64,000 nt of DNA from positions 2,432,001 to 2,496,000 of the forward strand of contig OZ242358.1 in the NCBI GenBank assembly GCA_965208835.1. The letters are read 5' to 3'. This stretch comes from Candidatus Latescibacterota bacterium (GTDB lineage: Bacteria; Latescibacterota; UBA2968; GCA-2709665). Below the pieces are notes generated by a model. It saw only the letters and a list, made by a program, of their open reading frames with translations. It had not been told where the DNA came from and ran no database searches. The position numbers and the translations under genes are program-made. Below, one piece after another: positions 28,958 to 38,919 of the stretch; positions within the stretch are counted from its first letter, which is position 1; the number at the start of each line of letters is the position of its first letter.

Positions 28958-30031
28958 ATGGACAGGATTCGAGTGGCGCTGTTCGGGTTGACGCACCCGC
29001 ATGCTCTCGGGCACCTGAAGACACTGCAGTTGTCCGATATGGTGAGTGACATTGTCCTGTTTGACGACGACCCACGGGTTGTTGCGGATGTTCAGGAAAA
29101 ATCGGGTACCAAGGTTCAGGGCGGTTATGACGACCTTGATGAGTTGCTCGATGCCGAATCCTTCGAGGTGGGGGTCGCGGATTTTCAGAATCACCTGAAC
29201 GGGGCGCTGTGCCTCAGGCTGATCGAAGAGCGCGTCCACGTGATCAGCGAGAAGCCGATTTCCAACTCGACGGAGGAACTGTCCCGGATTGTCGACGCAG
29301 CGTCACGGAAGGGCGTGAAGCTGGGTGTGATGTACCAGAACCGGTATCATCCGGTTGCCCGGGAGGCGCGCCGCCTGGTGGACGATGGCGTCATCGGGCG
29401 TGTCACCGGGTGTGAGGCCAGGATGATTACGTCCCAGGTCAAATTCAGAAATCCCGGTCACTGGTTGTTCGACAGGCGGAAAGCGGGCGGCGGGATTCTC
29501 TCCTGGCTCGGGTGTCACTATATCGATCTGTTGCGTTACGTGCTGGACGACGACGTGGTGGAGGTGTCCGCGATTGCCGATACCCTCAGCGGCGAGGACA
29601 TCGACGTGGAAGACGTGGCATCGCTTGCGTTCAGGTTCGGAAAGGGCGCCATCGGCAGCCTGCACGCCGGGTACCAGCTTGCGATGAGTATTCCCGGTTA
29701 TTCCGGCGCCACGTACGACACCTACGTGGGCTTTCGCGGGACGGAAGGGCGGGTGTACTGGAATCCTGTCGACCGGCCGCCGGTCTTGCACGCCGAGAGT
29801 GCGGCAGAGGGCTGGCGGGCCTCGCCCGCGCGCTCGTTTCATTACGCGCTGCCCGAGCTTGACTGCTACGGGGGCGCGTTCGGACTTGCGTTTCTGGAAC
29901 GGTTTTTCCACTCCGTGAACGGAGACGGTGAGCCGCCGGCCACCGGCGAAGACGCGCTCAGGGCGGCCAGGATCATCGAGGCGGCATACGCGTCCAGCGA
30001 GACCGGCCGCCGGGTCGAAATCACTTCCTGA
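28958..30031 (+). CDS. Gfo/Idh/MocA-family oxidoreductase
   Basis: HVISEKP, AGGGILSWLGCHYIDL, DVEDVA. Confidence 0.88.
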   Translation: MDRIRVALFGLTHPHALGHLKTLQLSDMVSDIVLFDDDPRVVADVQEKSGTKVQGGYDDLDELLDAESFEVGVADFQNHLNGALCLRLIEERVHVISEKPISNSTEELSRIVDAASRKGVKLGVMYQNRYHPVAREARRLVDDGVIGRVTGCEARMITSQVKFRNPGHWLFDRRKAGGGILSWLGCHYIDLLRYVLDDDVVEVSAIADTLSGEDIDVEDVASLAFRFGKGAIGSLHAGYQLAMSIPGYSGATYDTYVGFRGTEGRVYWNPVDRPPVLHAESAAEGWRASPARSFHYALPELDCYGGAFGLAFLERFFHSVNGDGEPPATGEDALRAARIIEAAYASSETGRRVEITS

Positions 30032-30052
30032 GCTTGATATTCCGGGCGAATC

Positions 30053-30883
30053 GTGAACGACTCCAATGAAATGAAGACGTTGGCCGGAAATGCGGTCCAG
30101 CCGCTGGGCCTTGCCGGTTCGCCCGACACGCGGAGCGGGTTCGCATCCATCGCACGCCGTGCCGGCGTGGATTTCTACTTCTTCTACGGTCTGCACATTG
30201 ACGGGATGGTAGACGGCGTGAACCGGCTGCTGCGCGAGCGTCGGGACGATGTATTCGTCGCCACCGGGACAGAGTCCCGCGACCCGTCCGAGATGCGGGA
30301 CTGTCTGAACGCTGTACTTGCGGCGCTGGGTGTGGATGCGATCGACCTGTTTTTCGCGGAATACGTGTCGCCTGCCGACGACCTGGATGACGTGCTGGGC
30401 GAGGGCGGCGCGATCGAAGAAATCTGGAAATGGAAGAACGAGGGTAAGGTCCGCTACGTTGGCGCAACCGCGCACAGCCGTCCGCTTTCGCTGTCCCTTA
30501 TCAGCAGCGGTCGGGTCCAGGTACTGATGCACCGGTACAATATGGCGCACCGGAAGTCGGAGGAGGAGGTGCTTCCCGCCGCCAACGACGCGGGCATCCC
30601 CGTGGTCGCGTTCACCTGCACGCGCTGGGGGTCGCTGCTCGAGGGGCATGCCAAATGGCAGATGCGGGTCCCCTCAGCGGCGGATTGTTACCGGTTCGCG
30701 CTGCGACACCCGGCCGTCCACGTGGCATTGACCGCGCCGGCCACCGAGAATCACCTGCGACAAAACCTCACGGTGTTGTCTGAGCCCCGCGAACCGGCGC
30801 CGGATGAGATGTCGACGTGGAAGGCGTACGGCGACCTGGTTTACGGAGAAGGCGGCGATGCATTTGAAACGCGTTGGCCATAG
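30053..30883 (+). CDS. Divergent aldo/keto reductase
   Basis: LGVDAIDLFF, EGKVRYVGATAH, RYNMAHR, YRFALRHPAV. Confidence 0.75.
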   Translation: MNDSNEMKTLAGNAVQPLGLAGSPDTRSGFASIARRAGVDFYFFYGLHIDGMVDGVNRLLRERRDDVFVATGTESRDPSEMRDCLNAVLAALGVDAIDLFFAEYVSPADDLDDVLGEGGAIEEIWKWKNEGKVRYVGATAHSRPLSLSLISSGRVQVLMHRYNMAHRKSEEEVLPAANDAGIPVVAFTCTRWGSLLEGHAKWQMRVPSAADCYRFALRHPAVHVALTAPATENHLRQNLTVLSEPREPAPDEMSTWKAYGDLVYGEGGDAFETRWP

Positions 30884-31664
30884 ATCGAAATACCTTATGG
30901 GCGCATTATGGCTCATTCTGTTTCTGCTCGGCGCGGCCGCGTTTGCGCCTGGTGCAGGGAACTCTCCGGCGGACGGCTTCGATTCAGCCGGTTCGGACCC
31001 CGAAGCGATTGAAATCGCAGACGCCGTAATGAAAAAAATGGGCGGACGGGGGAACTGGGACCGTACCCGGTACCTCACCTGGAGATTCTTCGGCAGGCGG
31101 CTGCACGTTTGGGACCGGTGGACCGGCGACGTTCGCTTCGAAGAGGCCGATCGCATCACGCTGATGAACGTCCACAGCAGGACCGGGCGCGTCTGGAAGG
31201 CAAGTGTGGAAGTCACGGAGCCGGATTCTCTGAAGAAATATCTCAACAAAGGGTACCGCGCCTGGATCAACGATTCCTACTGGCTTGTGATGCCCTACAA
31301 GCTGAAGGACTCGGGGGTGACGTTGACCTACGCGGGGGAGACGAAGATGGAAAGCGGGAGGGACGCATACGTATTGACGCTTACGTTCGAAGACGTGGGC
31401 GTGACGCCACAGAACAAATACGACGTCTTCGTGGACAAGGAACGCATGCTGGTGGAACAATGGGCGTTCTATAGAAACGCGTCAGATGAGAAGCCGCGCT
31501 TTGTCGGGCCGTGGACCGGATGGGAACCTCACGGCAGGATACTGCTTTCCGCGGGGCGCGGCACAAGGGCGCATACCGACGTGGCGGTTTTCGACGACCT
31601 GCCCCGTGCCGTTTTCGAAAACCCCCATCCGGTGGATATGATGGCGTTCGACAAATCCAGGTGA
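30858..31664 (+). CDS. Secreted protein of unknown function (DUF6503-like); start 30858 or 30897
   Basis: Signal-peptide-like N-terminus. MGG..NW, WINDSYWLVMPYKL.DSGV.L, GVTPQNKY. Confidence 0.65.
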   Translation: MHLKRVGHRSKYLMGALWLILFLLGAAAFAPGAGNSPADGFDSAGSDPEAIEIADAVMKKMGGRGNWDRTRYLTWRFFGRRLHVWDRWTGDVRFEEADRITLMNVHSRTGRVWKASVEVTEPDSLKKYLNKGYRAWINDSYWLVMPYKLKDSGVTLTYAGETKMESGRDAYVLTLTFEDVGVTPQNKYDVFVDKERMLVEQWAFYRNASDEKPRFVGPWTGWEPHGRILLSAGRGTRAHTDVAVFDDLPRAVFENPHPVDMMAFDKSR

Positions 31665-31733
31665 AGAAGACGGCGCGGATTTCACGAGTCGCTCTTGGCC
31701 CTGCGCTCACCGTTTTGGAATCCGGTTAGAGAG

Positions 31734-31763
31734 AAAGGCCCATCGTTCAGAAGGGCCTTTTTT
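31734..31763 (+). terminator. Rho-independent terminator
   Basis: AAAGGCCC-11 nt-GGGCCTTT followed by TTT, downstream of the 28958-31664 gene run. Confidence 0.6.
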
Positions 31764-31811
31764 CTGTATCGGGGATTCGCGGATACGTATTCCTGTGAAC
31801 GGGCGGGCGTC

Positions 31812-31840
31812 TTGACTTGCGTAGTCTATTTGCTTATGTT
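31812..31840 (+). promoter_or_regulatory. Sigma-70-type promoter
   Basis: TTGACT-17 bp-TATGTT. Implies a leader of about 155 nt before ATG 32004. Confidence 0.55.
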
Positions 31841-32003
31841 GTGAAAACTCGGTGGCGGCGCAAAACGCCGCGGAGAACTGGTGTTTTCCGTCGGCGAAAA
31901 ACCACGCTGCCAAGCCTCTGGTACCGAGAACTAAGTGGACAATCGCGAAACTCAATCACCGGGTCATCGCGACTGTCAATAACTAACTCAAGGGAGGGCG
32001 GAT

Positions 32004-32783
32004 ATGCGTTTCGTAATGAAGTTGATTCTGATTGGATTGCTGTTGTCGTGGCCGGCGATCGGAAAGGCGCAACTTATGGATCCGGGCGCCGAGAAACCTG
32101 AAGCAGAAGGCGGAGATCCGGCGGGCGCCTGGATGGCGGACTCGACGGCATTGCCGGTTTGGGCGTCTCCCGCCCTGCTGGCTCTCGTCGAAAATGAGTC
32201 CATCGACGGAACCGTAACCGGAACTGTGAAACTGGATGCCGGATCCGGCGCATACGAGACGGACTACGTCACATCGGTAAAGGTAGCACTGACGATACCC
32301 CTCCTGGGTCAGAGCATCGACAGTACTTTTGTCGACACATTCAAGCAAGCGGGTGCGTTCAGCGTTGAGGATGCCAATCTGATTCTGGTGCCGACGGTTG
32401 AGGAAGGAGAAACGGCGGTCAGCGATACGCTTGGCTTTTCCACCAGGAACGACTCGCTGTTTTTGATACAGGTCGTACCTCTGCCACCGCAATACGCGGG
32501 AATTATGGCGAATTTCGGGCTGGAAGCACCGCTGGCAATCCTGGGCTTCGCGAAGGTGGAGGGGGAATCCGATCCACCAACTCCCCCTGAACCACCGCCG
32601 ACAGGAACGTCGGCTGACTTCAATGGCGACGGGAGCGTGGACTTCTCGGACTTTTTAGCGTTCGCCCGACAATACGGGCGAAGCGAGGGTGATGAAGGTT
32701 ACGATGCACGGTTTGACCTTAATGGTAACGGATCGGTCGATTTTCAGGATTTTTTGGCCTTCGCCCAGCAATACGGGCAGTAG
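32004..32783 (+). CDS. Secreted protein with Pro linker and C-terminal dockerin/EF-hand-like pair
   Basis: Signal peptide, PPTPPEPPP linker, DFNGDGSVDFSDFLAF and DLNGNGSVDFQDFLAF. Confidence 0.82.
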   Translation: MRFVMKLILIGLLLSWPAIGKAQLMDPGAEKPEAEGGDPAGAWMADSTALPVWASPALLALVENESIDGTVTGTVKLDAGSGAYETDYVTSVKVALTIPLLGQSIDSTFVDTFKQAGAFSVEDANLILVPTVEEGETAVSDTLGFSTRNDSLFLIQVVPLPPQYAGIMANFGLEAPLAILGFAKVEGESDPPTPPEPPPTGTSADFNGDGSVDFSDFLAFARQYGRSEGDEGYDARFDLNGNGSVDFQDFLAFAQQYGQ

Positions 32784-32806
32784 CAGCGAGCGTGGTACCG
32801 TCTTAT

Positions 32807-33577
32807 CTACGGGACGCCGGTCAAGAGTAGGCCGCCGTCCACGGGCAACGAGACACCGTTGACATTGGCCCCGTGTGGGCCGCAAAGGAAGACCACGGTG
32901 CGTCCGATATCCTCAGGAGTGCCATACCGATGTGTGGGGATGAAGCTCTGGAGACGTTCCGGTGCGCTGCCCCGCGCGGGTGGTGGCTCGCCGAAGACGT
33001 GTTCGGTATCCATATATCCTGGCAGGATCGCGTTACAGCGAATGCCGAGGGCGGCCAGTTCAAAGGCCATGCTCATGGTAAGCCGCAGAATCCCCGCTTT
33101 GGCTGTGCCGTAGCAGGTGTCGTTTGCCCACACGGACTGTGCGTGTACCGAGGAAATGCTCACAATGCTCCCGCCCTCGCCCCGTTCCGCCATGTTACGG
33201 GCGGCCGCCTGGCTGCAAAGGAAATACCCTTTCAGACAGACGTCCAGCGTGCGGTCCCAGATTGCTTCGGTGATTTCCAGAAAAGGCCTGCTTTCGGATG
33301 CGTACGGGTTGTTGACCAGGATGTCGACGCGGCCGAAGCGATCCAGAAATGCCTCAAACATCCGATTCACCGCCTCCGCGTTTGAGATATCGGCATCAAA
33401 ATAGGCTGCCTCGCGTCCCGCTTTCCGAACGAGGTCCAGGGTTGTCTCGGCATCGGCGTCGCGCTCGATGTCGTTGATACCCACGTCGCATCCGGCATCC
33501 GCCAGAGCCTGGGCTATCCCCCGGCCGATGCTGCGCCGGGCGCCTGTAACGAGTGCTTTCCTGCCTTCGAGCATCAT
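32807..33577 (-). CDS. Short-chain dehydrogenase/reductase
   Basis: TGARRSIG, DILVNN, SISS, YGTAK, NAILPG, VDGG. The upstream extension in the ORF track runs through a repeat element. Confidence 0.88.
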   Translation of the reverse strand: MMLEGRKALVTGARRSIGRGIAQALADAGCDVGINDIERDADAETTLDLVRKAGREAAYFDADISNAEAVNRMFEAFLDRFGRVDILVNNPYASESRPFLEITEAIWDRTLDVCLKGYFLCSQAAARNMAERGEGGSIVSISSVHAQSVWANDTCYGTAKAGILRLTMSMAFELAALGIRCNAILPGYMDTEHVFGEPPPARGSAPERLQSFIPTHRYGTPEDIGRTVVFLCGPHGANVNGVSLPVDGGLLLTGVP

Positions 33578-33675
33578 AAACGTACCCCGCTGGATAAGGA
33601 ACCGGGAATGGCATGCGATATTGACGCATGAAATACGAACTCGATTTTCGCCTGTCAAACGGAAAAAGGGGGAGG

Positions 33676-33874
33676 TTAACCTGGATTCGTCTTTTTTCGG
33701 GGACGTCAATTCGAATGTGTGCGAGTTAATAGAGGCGATTAGACTGCGGATTACCAGGATACACCAGGTCACTGGACGTGAACGGAAAATACGTCCTTCC
33801 TGACGACCGTTTCGGCCCGTTTCGGAGAGTCTCGTCGCGGTGCCGTGTTGCGGCTTTTGCGGATTTAAGATTAA
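33676..33874 (-). mobile_element. MITE-like repeat family 1, copy B
   Basis: Reverse complement aligns with 5866-6063 over about 190 bp. TTAA at both ends. Confidence 0.72.
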
Positions 33875-33937
33875 CGATGCCTTCCCCTCTGATCTGAACG
33901 ATGGTTTCACTCGCGGCCTTACTGCAGGAGAACGCCA

Positions 33938-34639
33938 TTGAAACAGACGGTGACGGTTGCGTTTACTTTCCTTGTGATATGGTCACACCCGGCGACCCCG
34001 GAGTCGAATCCAAACGTAACGGCATTGGAAGACAGTCTGTACGTTGCCGCGGATTCCGTGGTCACGCTGCTTGCGCCCGAACTGCACGTTGCCGCGGCCG
34101 CTATGGAAGCGGGAGAGTATTCGTTGGCGGCGGCGAAACTCAAGGCGCTCGCCCGGAAAGACACCGCAAACGTCGGCGTGCTGCGCATGCTCGCGAGCGC
34201 CTATCTGAGGCGCGAGGCGTACGTAGCGGCCGTTCCGGTTTGCGAAAGGATTGCCATGCTGGACTCCACGGACGCGGGGATCAGGGTGGCGCTGGGTTTC
34301 ATGCATGGGAAGCTTGGAAATGCGGACCGGGCCCTGGAGGCGTATCGGGACGCGATCGACGCGAATGCAGAAACGATTCAGGCATATCAGGGTCTGGGAT
34401 GGATTCATCTGCAGCGGCGCGAATTTCAGGAAGCCCTGAACATGATCGCGAAGTCCACGGAGCTTGCGCCGGAGTACGCCCCGAATTACGTGCTTATGGG
34501 GCGGGTCCTGACGGCGCAGGGATTTTACGTTAATGCCCGGCAGGCCTTTCAGACCGCGTTCAGGCTGGACCCCGGATTGAGGGAACAATACGGCATTCTG
34601 CTTCAGGAGATTGTCCTGAGGCACGGGCTTGAACGGTGA
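33938..34639 (+). CDS. Exported tetratricopeptide repeat protein
   Basis: N-terminal hydrophobic signal. TPR-type units (LG..H..LG...AL..Y..AI; AY.GLG; A..AF..A.RLDP). Confidence 0.78.
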   Translation: MKQTVTVAFTFLVIWSHPATPESNPNVTALEDSLYVAADSVVTLLAPELHVAAAAMEAGEYSLAAAKLKALARKDTANVGVLRMLASAYLRREAYVAAVPVCERIAMLDSTDAGIRVALGFMHGKLGNADRALEAYRDAIDANAETIQAYQGLGWIHLQRREFQEALNMIAKSTELAPEYAPNYVLMGRVLTAQGFYVNARQAFQTAFRLDPGLREQYGILLQEIVLRHGLER

Positions 34640-34758
34640 GGGACCCGCGAGGATGTTTTCCCGGGTCGCCAATTACGCCGTTTTCTGCAAACGAATTTTC
34701 GGGGGAAGCGGGTTTGGCGCACGTGGGCGGGACGCCGTCCGGAAGGAACGGGCAGGGG

Positions 34759-35517
34759 TTACTTGAGGGAAAAACCGATGGGCATGATCATCCAGACGTT
34801 GCGTTTCTCGCCTTCGTGCTTTCCGGGGCGGAAACGGAACTGGCGCGCGGCTGCGATGGCGTTGTTTCGAAAGACCTCGGGCCCGCTCACGACCTCCACT
34901 TTCACCACGCGCCCCCGCTTGTCCACGAGCACACGGACTTTTACTATGCCTTCCAGCTTATTCTTGGTGGCCGCCGGCGGATATTCGGGTGCCACGATCC
35001 GGATAGGGTGAGGTTTGTACTCAATGTCAAACTCGTCCATCGGCGCATCTGACGGCGGGCCCGTGGCAATCGGCCCCCGGAGGCGAAGATCCAGGGGGAG
35101 CGAATCGAGATCCAGTTCGGTCGTCTCGATCGTGACGTCTTCGGGCACCTCCTCCCCTTCAACCTCGATCGGCACGGCCGGTCGGGGCGGGGGCGGCGGA
35201 CGTTTGGCCTGGGATGTTTCGGGAATCTGTGCCCACTGGACGACGTCGATCTGCGGTTCGTTCAACACCACGGTGGGGATATGTTCCGGGTAGATGAGAA
35301 CGGTGATCAGCATGCAGAGAAAGGATGCACCCAGCGACTTCAGAAGACGGGCCCGGTAGTCGCGCTTGAGGTCCACGTCGGGATTCTTGGAGCGAACCGA
35401 AACCCGAACACCTGTCGGATGATCCTTCAGGAGACGCAGGAACCTCTCCTGGCGCTCACGAAATCGCGCCAGCTGTGCCAGAAGCGAATGACTGAAGCGA
35501 TGGTGAACGATATTCAT
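34759..35517 (-). CDS. TonB-family energy transducer
   Basis: Single TM segment, PPPPPRP linker, PEYP..A...LEG.V.VRVLVD..G.V, FRPG. Confidence 0.85.
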   Translation of the reverse strand: MNIVHHRFSHSLLAQLARFRERQERFLRLLKDHPTGVRVSVRSKNPDVDLKRDYRARLLKSLGASFLCMLITVLIYPEHIPTVVLNEPQIDVVQWAQIPETSQAKRPPPPPRPAVPIEVEGEEVPEDVTIETTELDLDSLPLDLRLRGPIATGPPSDAPMDEFDIEYKPHPIRIVAPEYPPAATKNKLEGIVKVRVLVDKRGRVVKVEVVSGPEVFRNNAIAAARQFRFRPGKHEGEKRNVWMIMPIGFSLK

Positions 35518-35805
35518 TGTTCAGATGAATGGGGTTATGGTTAAATTGAGCATATGCCGGCGTCTGGTACCGATTCGTCTGTCGTAATGGCACTCGCTTC
35601 GGTGGATTGGACGCTCAGAACAACGCTGCAGGAGGTTGGACGGATTCGGAATTCTTCCATTTTATACCCGCAGAACGGGAAAAGGTTCCGGGCCGACGGC
35701 TTCCCCCAGCCCGGCCCGGCATATGCTGAGACGACACGAAGATACTCTCGTGAACCATCGATCCATCGCAGTTCCGCAGGTGTCTCTGAAGTGGCAATTC
35801 ACCAG

Positions 35806-35967
35806 GAAGTTGTTTTAAAATTACCGGTGAGTTCCCGAGCGCGAGCGAAAAAGTGGCGGTCAAGGCGGGAAAATCCGCTCATATTAGTCTACACGGGTGG
35901 GTTTGACCAACGCCGACCGGCGCTTTTGCAGCTGGGCGAAGACCGCCGGGAATTTTCAGACAGCATC
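35806..35967. mobile_element. MITE family 3, shorter decayed copy
   Basis: Aligns with both ends of 59385-59594 and lacks about 50 internal bp. TIRs are imperfect. Confidence 0.72.
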
Positions 35968-36052
35968 TAAATTAGCCCAGACGTATGAAAAGTCAAGAGC
36001 AAACTTGAAAAAAGGGTCGTGGGTCCATCATTACACGGCATGTCGCGGCGTT

Positions 36053-36388
36053 ATGAACGATAGAACGGGCGTACCGGTTCGCATCGACGTGAACAGGGAC
36101 GACGGCGAGATGGAAATCGAGTGGCGCGGCGGCCGCGTCGACCGTCTGCCGCTCTCCGGGCTGCGGCGCTGGTGTCCATGCGCGCTGTGTTCGGACCGTC
36201 GTGAACAGCAGGTTCGGGGCGCCGGCTTGCACATGTTGACGCCCGAGGAGCGCGATGCGACCGCCGAAGTTACAGATGTGGTTCCGGTGGGCCGGTACGC
36301 CATACAGATCAGGTGGGGAGACGGGCACGATACGGGAATCTATACGTACGACTCCCTGCAAAGAATGGGTGAGGAGCTGACGGGTTGA
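36053..36388 (+). CDS. DUF971 / gamma-butyrobetaine hydroxylase-like N-terminal domain protein
   Basis: LRRWCPCALC, VGRYAIQIRWGDGHDTGIYTY. Confidence 0.88.
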   Translation: MNDRTGVPVRIDVNRDDGEMEIEWRGGRVDRLPLSGLRRWCPCALCSDRREQQVRGAGLHMLTPEERDATAEVTDVVPVGRYAIQIRWGDGHDTGIYTYDSLQRMGEELTG

Positions 36389-36561
36389 ACGGCGCCAGCC
36401 AGGACAGCGTCAGTCGCATCTGTGTTTGACGGTTCCGGCATTGTGACGTCATATTCGAGGTACGTCAGGGGAAGTCCGCGGGGAAACCTCATATACGGGA
36501 GAACGGCATGGCTCAGTCCGTTGAGAGTGGTCTGATCGAAGAGGAGACCGGGAATCAAACA

Positions 36562-37431
36562 ATGCAGTTACCCCACAGGGTTCTGGGCAAAACCGGTGTG
36601 CGGGTGCCCATTCTTGGCTACGGTTCGGCACCCGGCGGTATCGGGATGGATGATGATGAAGCCATTTCGCTCTGTCACATGGCTATCGATCACGGCGTGA
36701 CGTTGATCGATACCGCACCCGGGTATGGCCGGGCTCATCTCCAGCTGGGGCAGGTCATGGCCAGCCGCAGGGACGAGGTCTTCCTCGTCACAAAAACGCC
36801 GGCCGACGACGCGGCCAAGGCGCTCTCGATGTTGGAGAAAGGCCTGAAAGACCTGCAGACCGATCGCGTCGACCTGGTTTACGTGCATTCGATGGGCAAT
36901 CGTGACGTGGACCAGGTGCTGGACTCCGATGGCGCGCTCGAGGGCCTGCGGGAAGCGCGCCGGCGAGGCTGGACCCGGTTCATCGGAGTGACGGCGCACA
37001 ACGCGCCCTGGCGCACCGCCCGGGTATTGAAGGAAGCGGAGCTCGATGTGGTGATGCTTGCCATGAACATTGCGGACCGGTACACGTATAACTTTGAGAA
37101 CGAGGTACTCCCGATCGCTCATGAACAAAACGTCGGCGTGGCGGCCATGAAGGTTTACGGAGGTGCGCTGGACATGAACTATGACAAGCCGACGCTATCG
37201 GCCCTCGCCGCGCATGGGCCGCACGATCATGAAGCGGCGTTGCGGTACGCGCTTGGGCTGCCCGGGGTCGGTACAGCGGTTGTGGGGGTATTCTCCGAGG
37301 CCGAATTGGTGCAGAATGTGGAATGGGCGCGGCGGATTACGCCGCTGGATGCGGCGGACAGCCTCGCTGCGGAACGCGTCGGGCGGCAGGTGGCAGCAGA
37401 CTGGGGTCCGCATTACGGAGCAGTGGAATAG
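36562..37431 (+). CDS. Aldo/keto reductase
   Basis: RVLGKTG, IDTAPGYG, FLVTK, LQTDRVDLVYVH, AMKVYGG. Confidence 0.88.
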   Translation: MQLPHRVLGKTGVRVPILGYGSAPGGIGMDDDEAISLCHMAIDHGVTLIDTAPGYGRAHLQLGQVMASRRDEVFLVTKTPADDAAKALSMLEKGLKDLQTDRVDLVYVHSMGNRDVDQVLDSDGALEGLREARRRGWTRFIGVTAHNAPWRTARVLKEAELDVVMLAMNIADRYTYNFENEVLPIAHEQNVGVAAMKVYGGALDMNYDKPTLSALAAHGPHDHEAALRYALGLPGVGTAVVGVFSEAELVQNVEWARRITPLDAADSLAAERVGRQVAADWGPHYGAVE

Positions 37432-37447
37432 AGAGCGATCGGGACAT

Positions 37448-38578
37448 ATGACAATCGACAGCCGTGCCCGCGTGCGGATCGCACATAACGGCCGGCGGAT
37501 TCTTCCCATTGTGTCGTCCTCGCTTGTGGTGGTGATTCTGTGTGCATGCGGGGTCGACGAAACAGGGTCGCCGCTGGGAAGTGTGGCGCCCAGGTCCTTT
37601 GGGGCCGTCGGTTCGATGGTCGAACCCAGGCGGGACCATACGGCAACGCTGCTGCCCGACGGCACCGTGTTGGTGGCCGGAGGGATACACGTGGTGACCG
37701 CCGGCGTCGAAGAACCGCTGAAGAGCGCGGAGGTCTTCGATCCTGTCACCGGGCGGTTTCGGCAAACAGGCAACCTGCCCGACGGGCGAAGCGGGCACGT
37801 GGCCGCCTTGCTGAGTAACGGCAAGGTGTTGATCGCCGGGGGAGGCCGGCAATCGCTGGTCCTGTACGATCCCGAGTCCGGTTCCTTTGCTGGCAGTACG
37901 GCCGGCAGCAGAATCCAGCGCCCGAGATCGGCGACGGCGCTTCCGGATGGAAGGGTGCTGTTGCTGGGCGATCTCACCTTCACGGCGGAAATCTACGACC
38001 CGTCAAAAGACGAAATCGTAAAGACCCTCCTGGTGGGCACGAGGCGCATTCAACAGACCGCGACGCTGCTGAACAACGGAGACGTACTCATCGCGGGCGG
38101 CGCCAGGGGACTTACCGAACGCTTCGATCCCGATACCGACCTGTTCTCGGCGCCGGGAAGTGCCAGCCTGCAGGTCGTGAGATTCGGGCATACGGCAACG
38201 TTGCTGAACGACGGTCGTGTGCTGCTGGCCGGCGGCAGCGCCGAGTTCGGGGCGGGCGTTTTCAGCCCCGTGAGCAGCACGGAGATTTTCGATCCCGATC
38301 TCCCGTCATTCCTGGATCAGAGAAGCATGCAAGTGCCAAGGTTCGGACACTCGGCCACCAGGCTGCGCGACGGAAGGGTGCTCATTGTCGGCGGCGCGGC
38401 GGCTGATGCCGAGATCTACGATCCCAATACGCGTGTGTTTCAGTTTGTAGGCGGAGACGCAGGCCGGATCAGGAGCGGCGCAACCGCCACCCTGTTAAAC
38501 GACGGACGGGTACTCGTGGCCGGGGGTGTGGACGAGGATTTCCTGTATCTCGAGCATGCGCTGGTGTACAATCCATAG
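37448..38578 (+). CDS. Kelch-repeat beta-propeller lipoprotein
   Basis: Lipobox-like LCAC. About 7 repeats of R..HTATLL.DG.VL.AGG...AE.YDP. Confidence 0.85.
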   Translation: MTIDSRARVRIAHNGRRILPIVSSSLVVVILCACGVDETGSPLGSVAPRSFGAVGSMVEPRRDHTATLLPDGTVLVAGGIHVVTAGVEEPLKSAEVFDPVTGRFRQTGNLPDGRSGHVAALLSNGKVLIAGGGRQSLVLYDPESGSFAGSTAGSRIQRPRSATALPDGRVLLLGDLTFTAEIYDPSKDEIVKTLLVGTRRIQQTATLLNNGDVLIAGGARGLTERFDPDTDLFSAPGSASLQVVRFGHTATLLNDGRVLLAGGSAEFGAGVFSPVSSTEIFDPDLPSFLDQRSMQVPRFGHSATRLRDGRVLIVGGAAADAEIYDPNTRVFQFVGGDAGRIRSGATATLLNDGRVLVAGGVDEDFLYLEHALVYNP

Positions 38579-38623
38579 AGAAACCAATACGGGCGGATAC
38601 AGCACAACCGAGGCTGAATCACG

Positions 38624-38728
38624 TAGCAGTCCGTTGAAAAAGTCGCTCTGCAGGCGAGGCCGCGCAACGCAGTATTTCGACCACAATGGCCGGCCGCAGA
38701 CCGGATGGATTTTTTCAACGGGCTGGTA
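38624..38728. mobile_element. MITE family 4
   Basis: TA-GCAGTCCGTTGAAAAA ... TTTTTCAACGGGCTGG-TA (14/16 inverted match, TA flanks). Confidence 0.7.
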
Positions 38729-38919
38729 GGGACGGCCTCTGTTTTTTGTTCCATAGCTCTGGAAGACAGGCCAGCGGTGCCGCAGTTTCCCCGGCTGCCA
38801 TTTCTTCCGGACATCACGGCGGTCGTGTCGGCGACCTCGCCGGTCCTGCAGGGTCGAGCTCCATCCGCTGACGTGACCGTTATCGTCCGTTTGTTTACTT
38901 CAATCCGGTTCAGAATGCC

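Noticed and set aside
33468-33803. Recurring peptide (AIRLRITRIHQ / LVYPGNPQSNRLY) in several small ORFs here and near 42841-43078
   Set aside because: It is the translation of the family-1 DNA repeat in different frames and strands, not a conserved protein.
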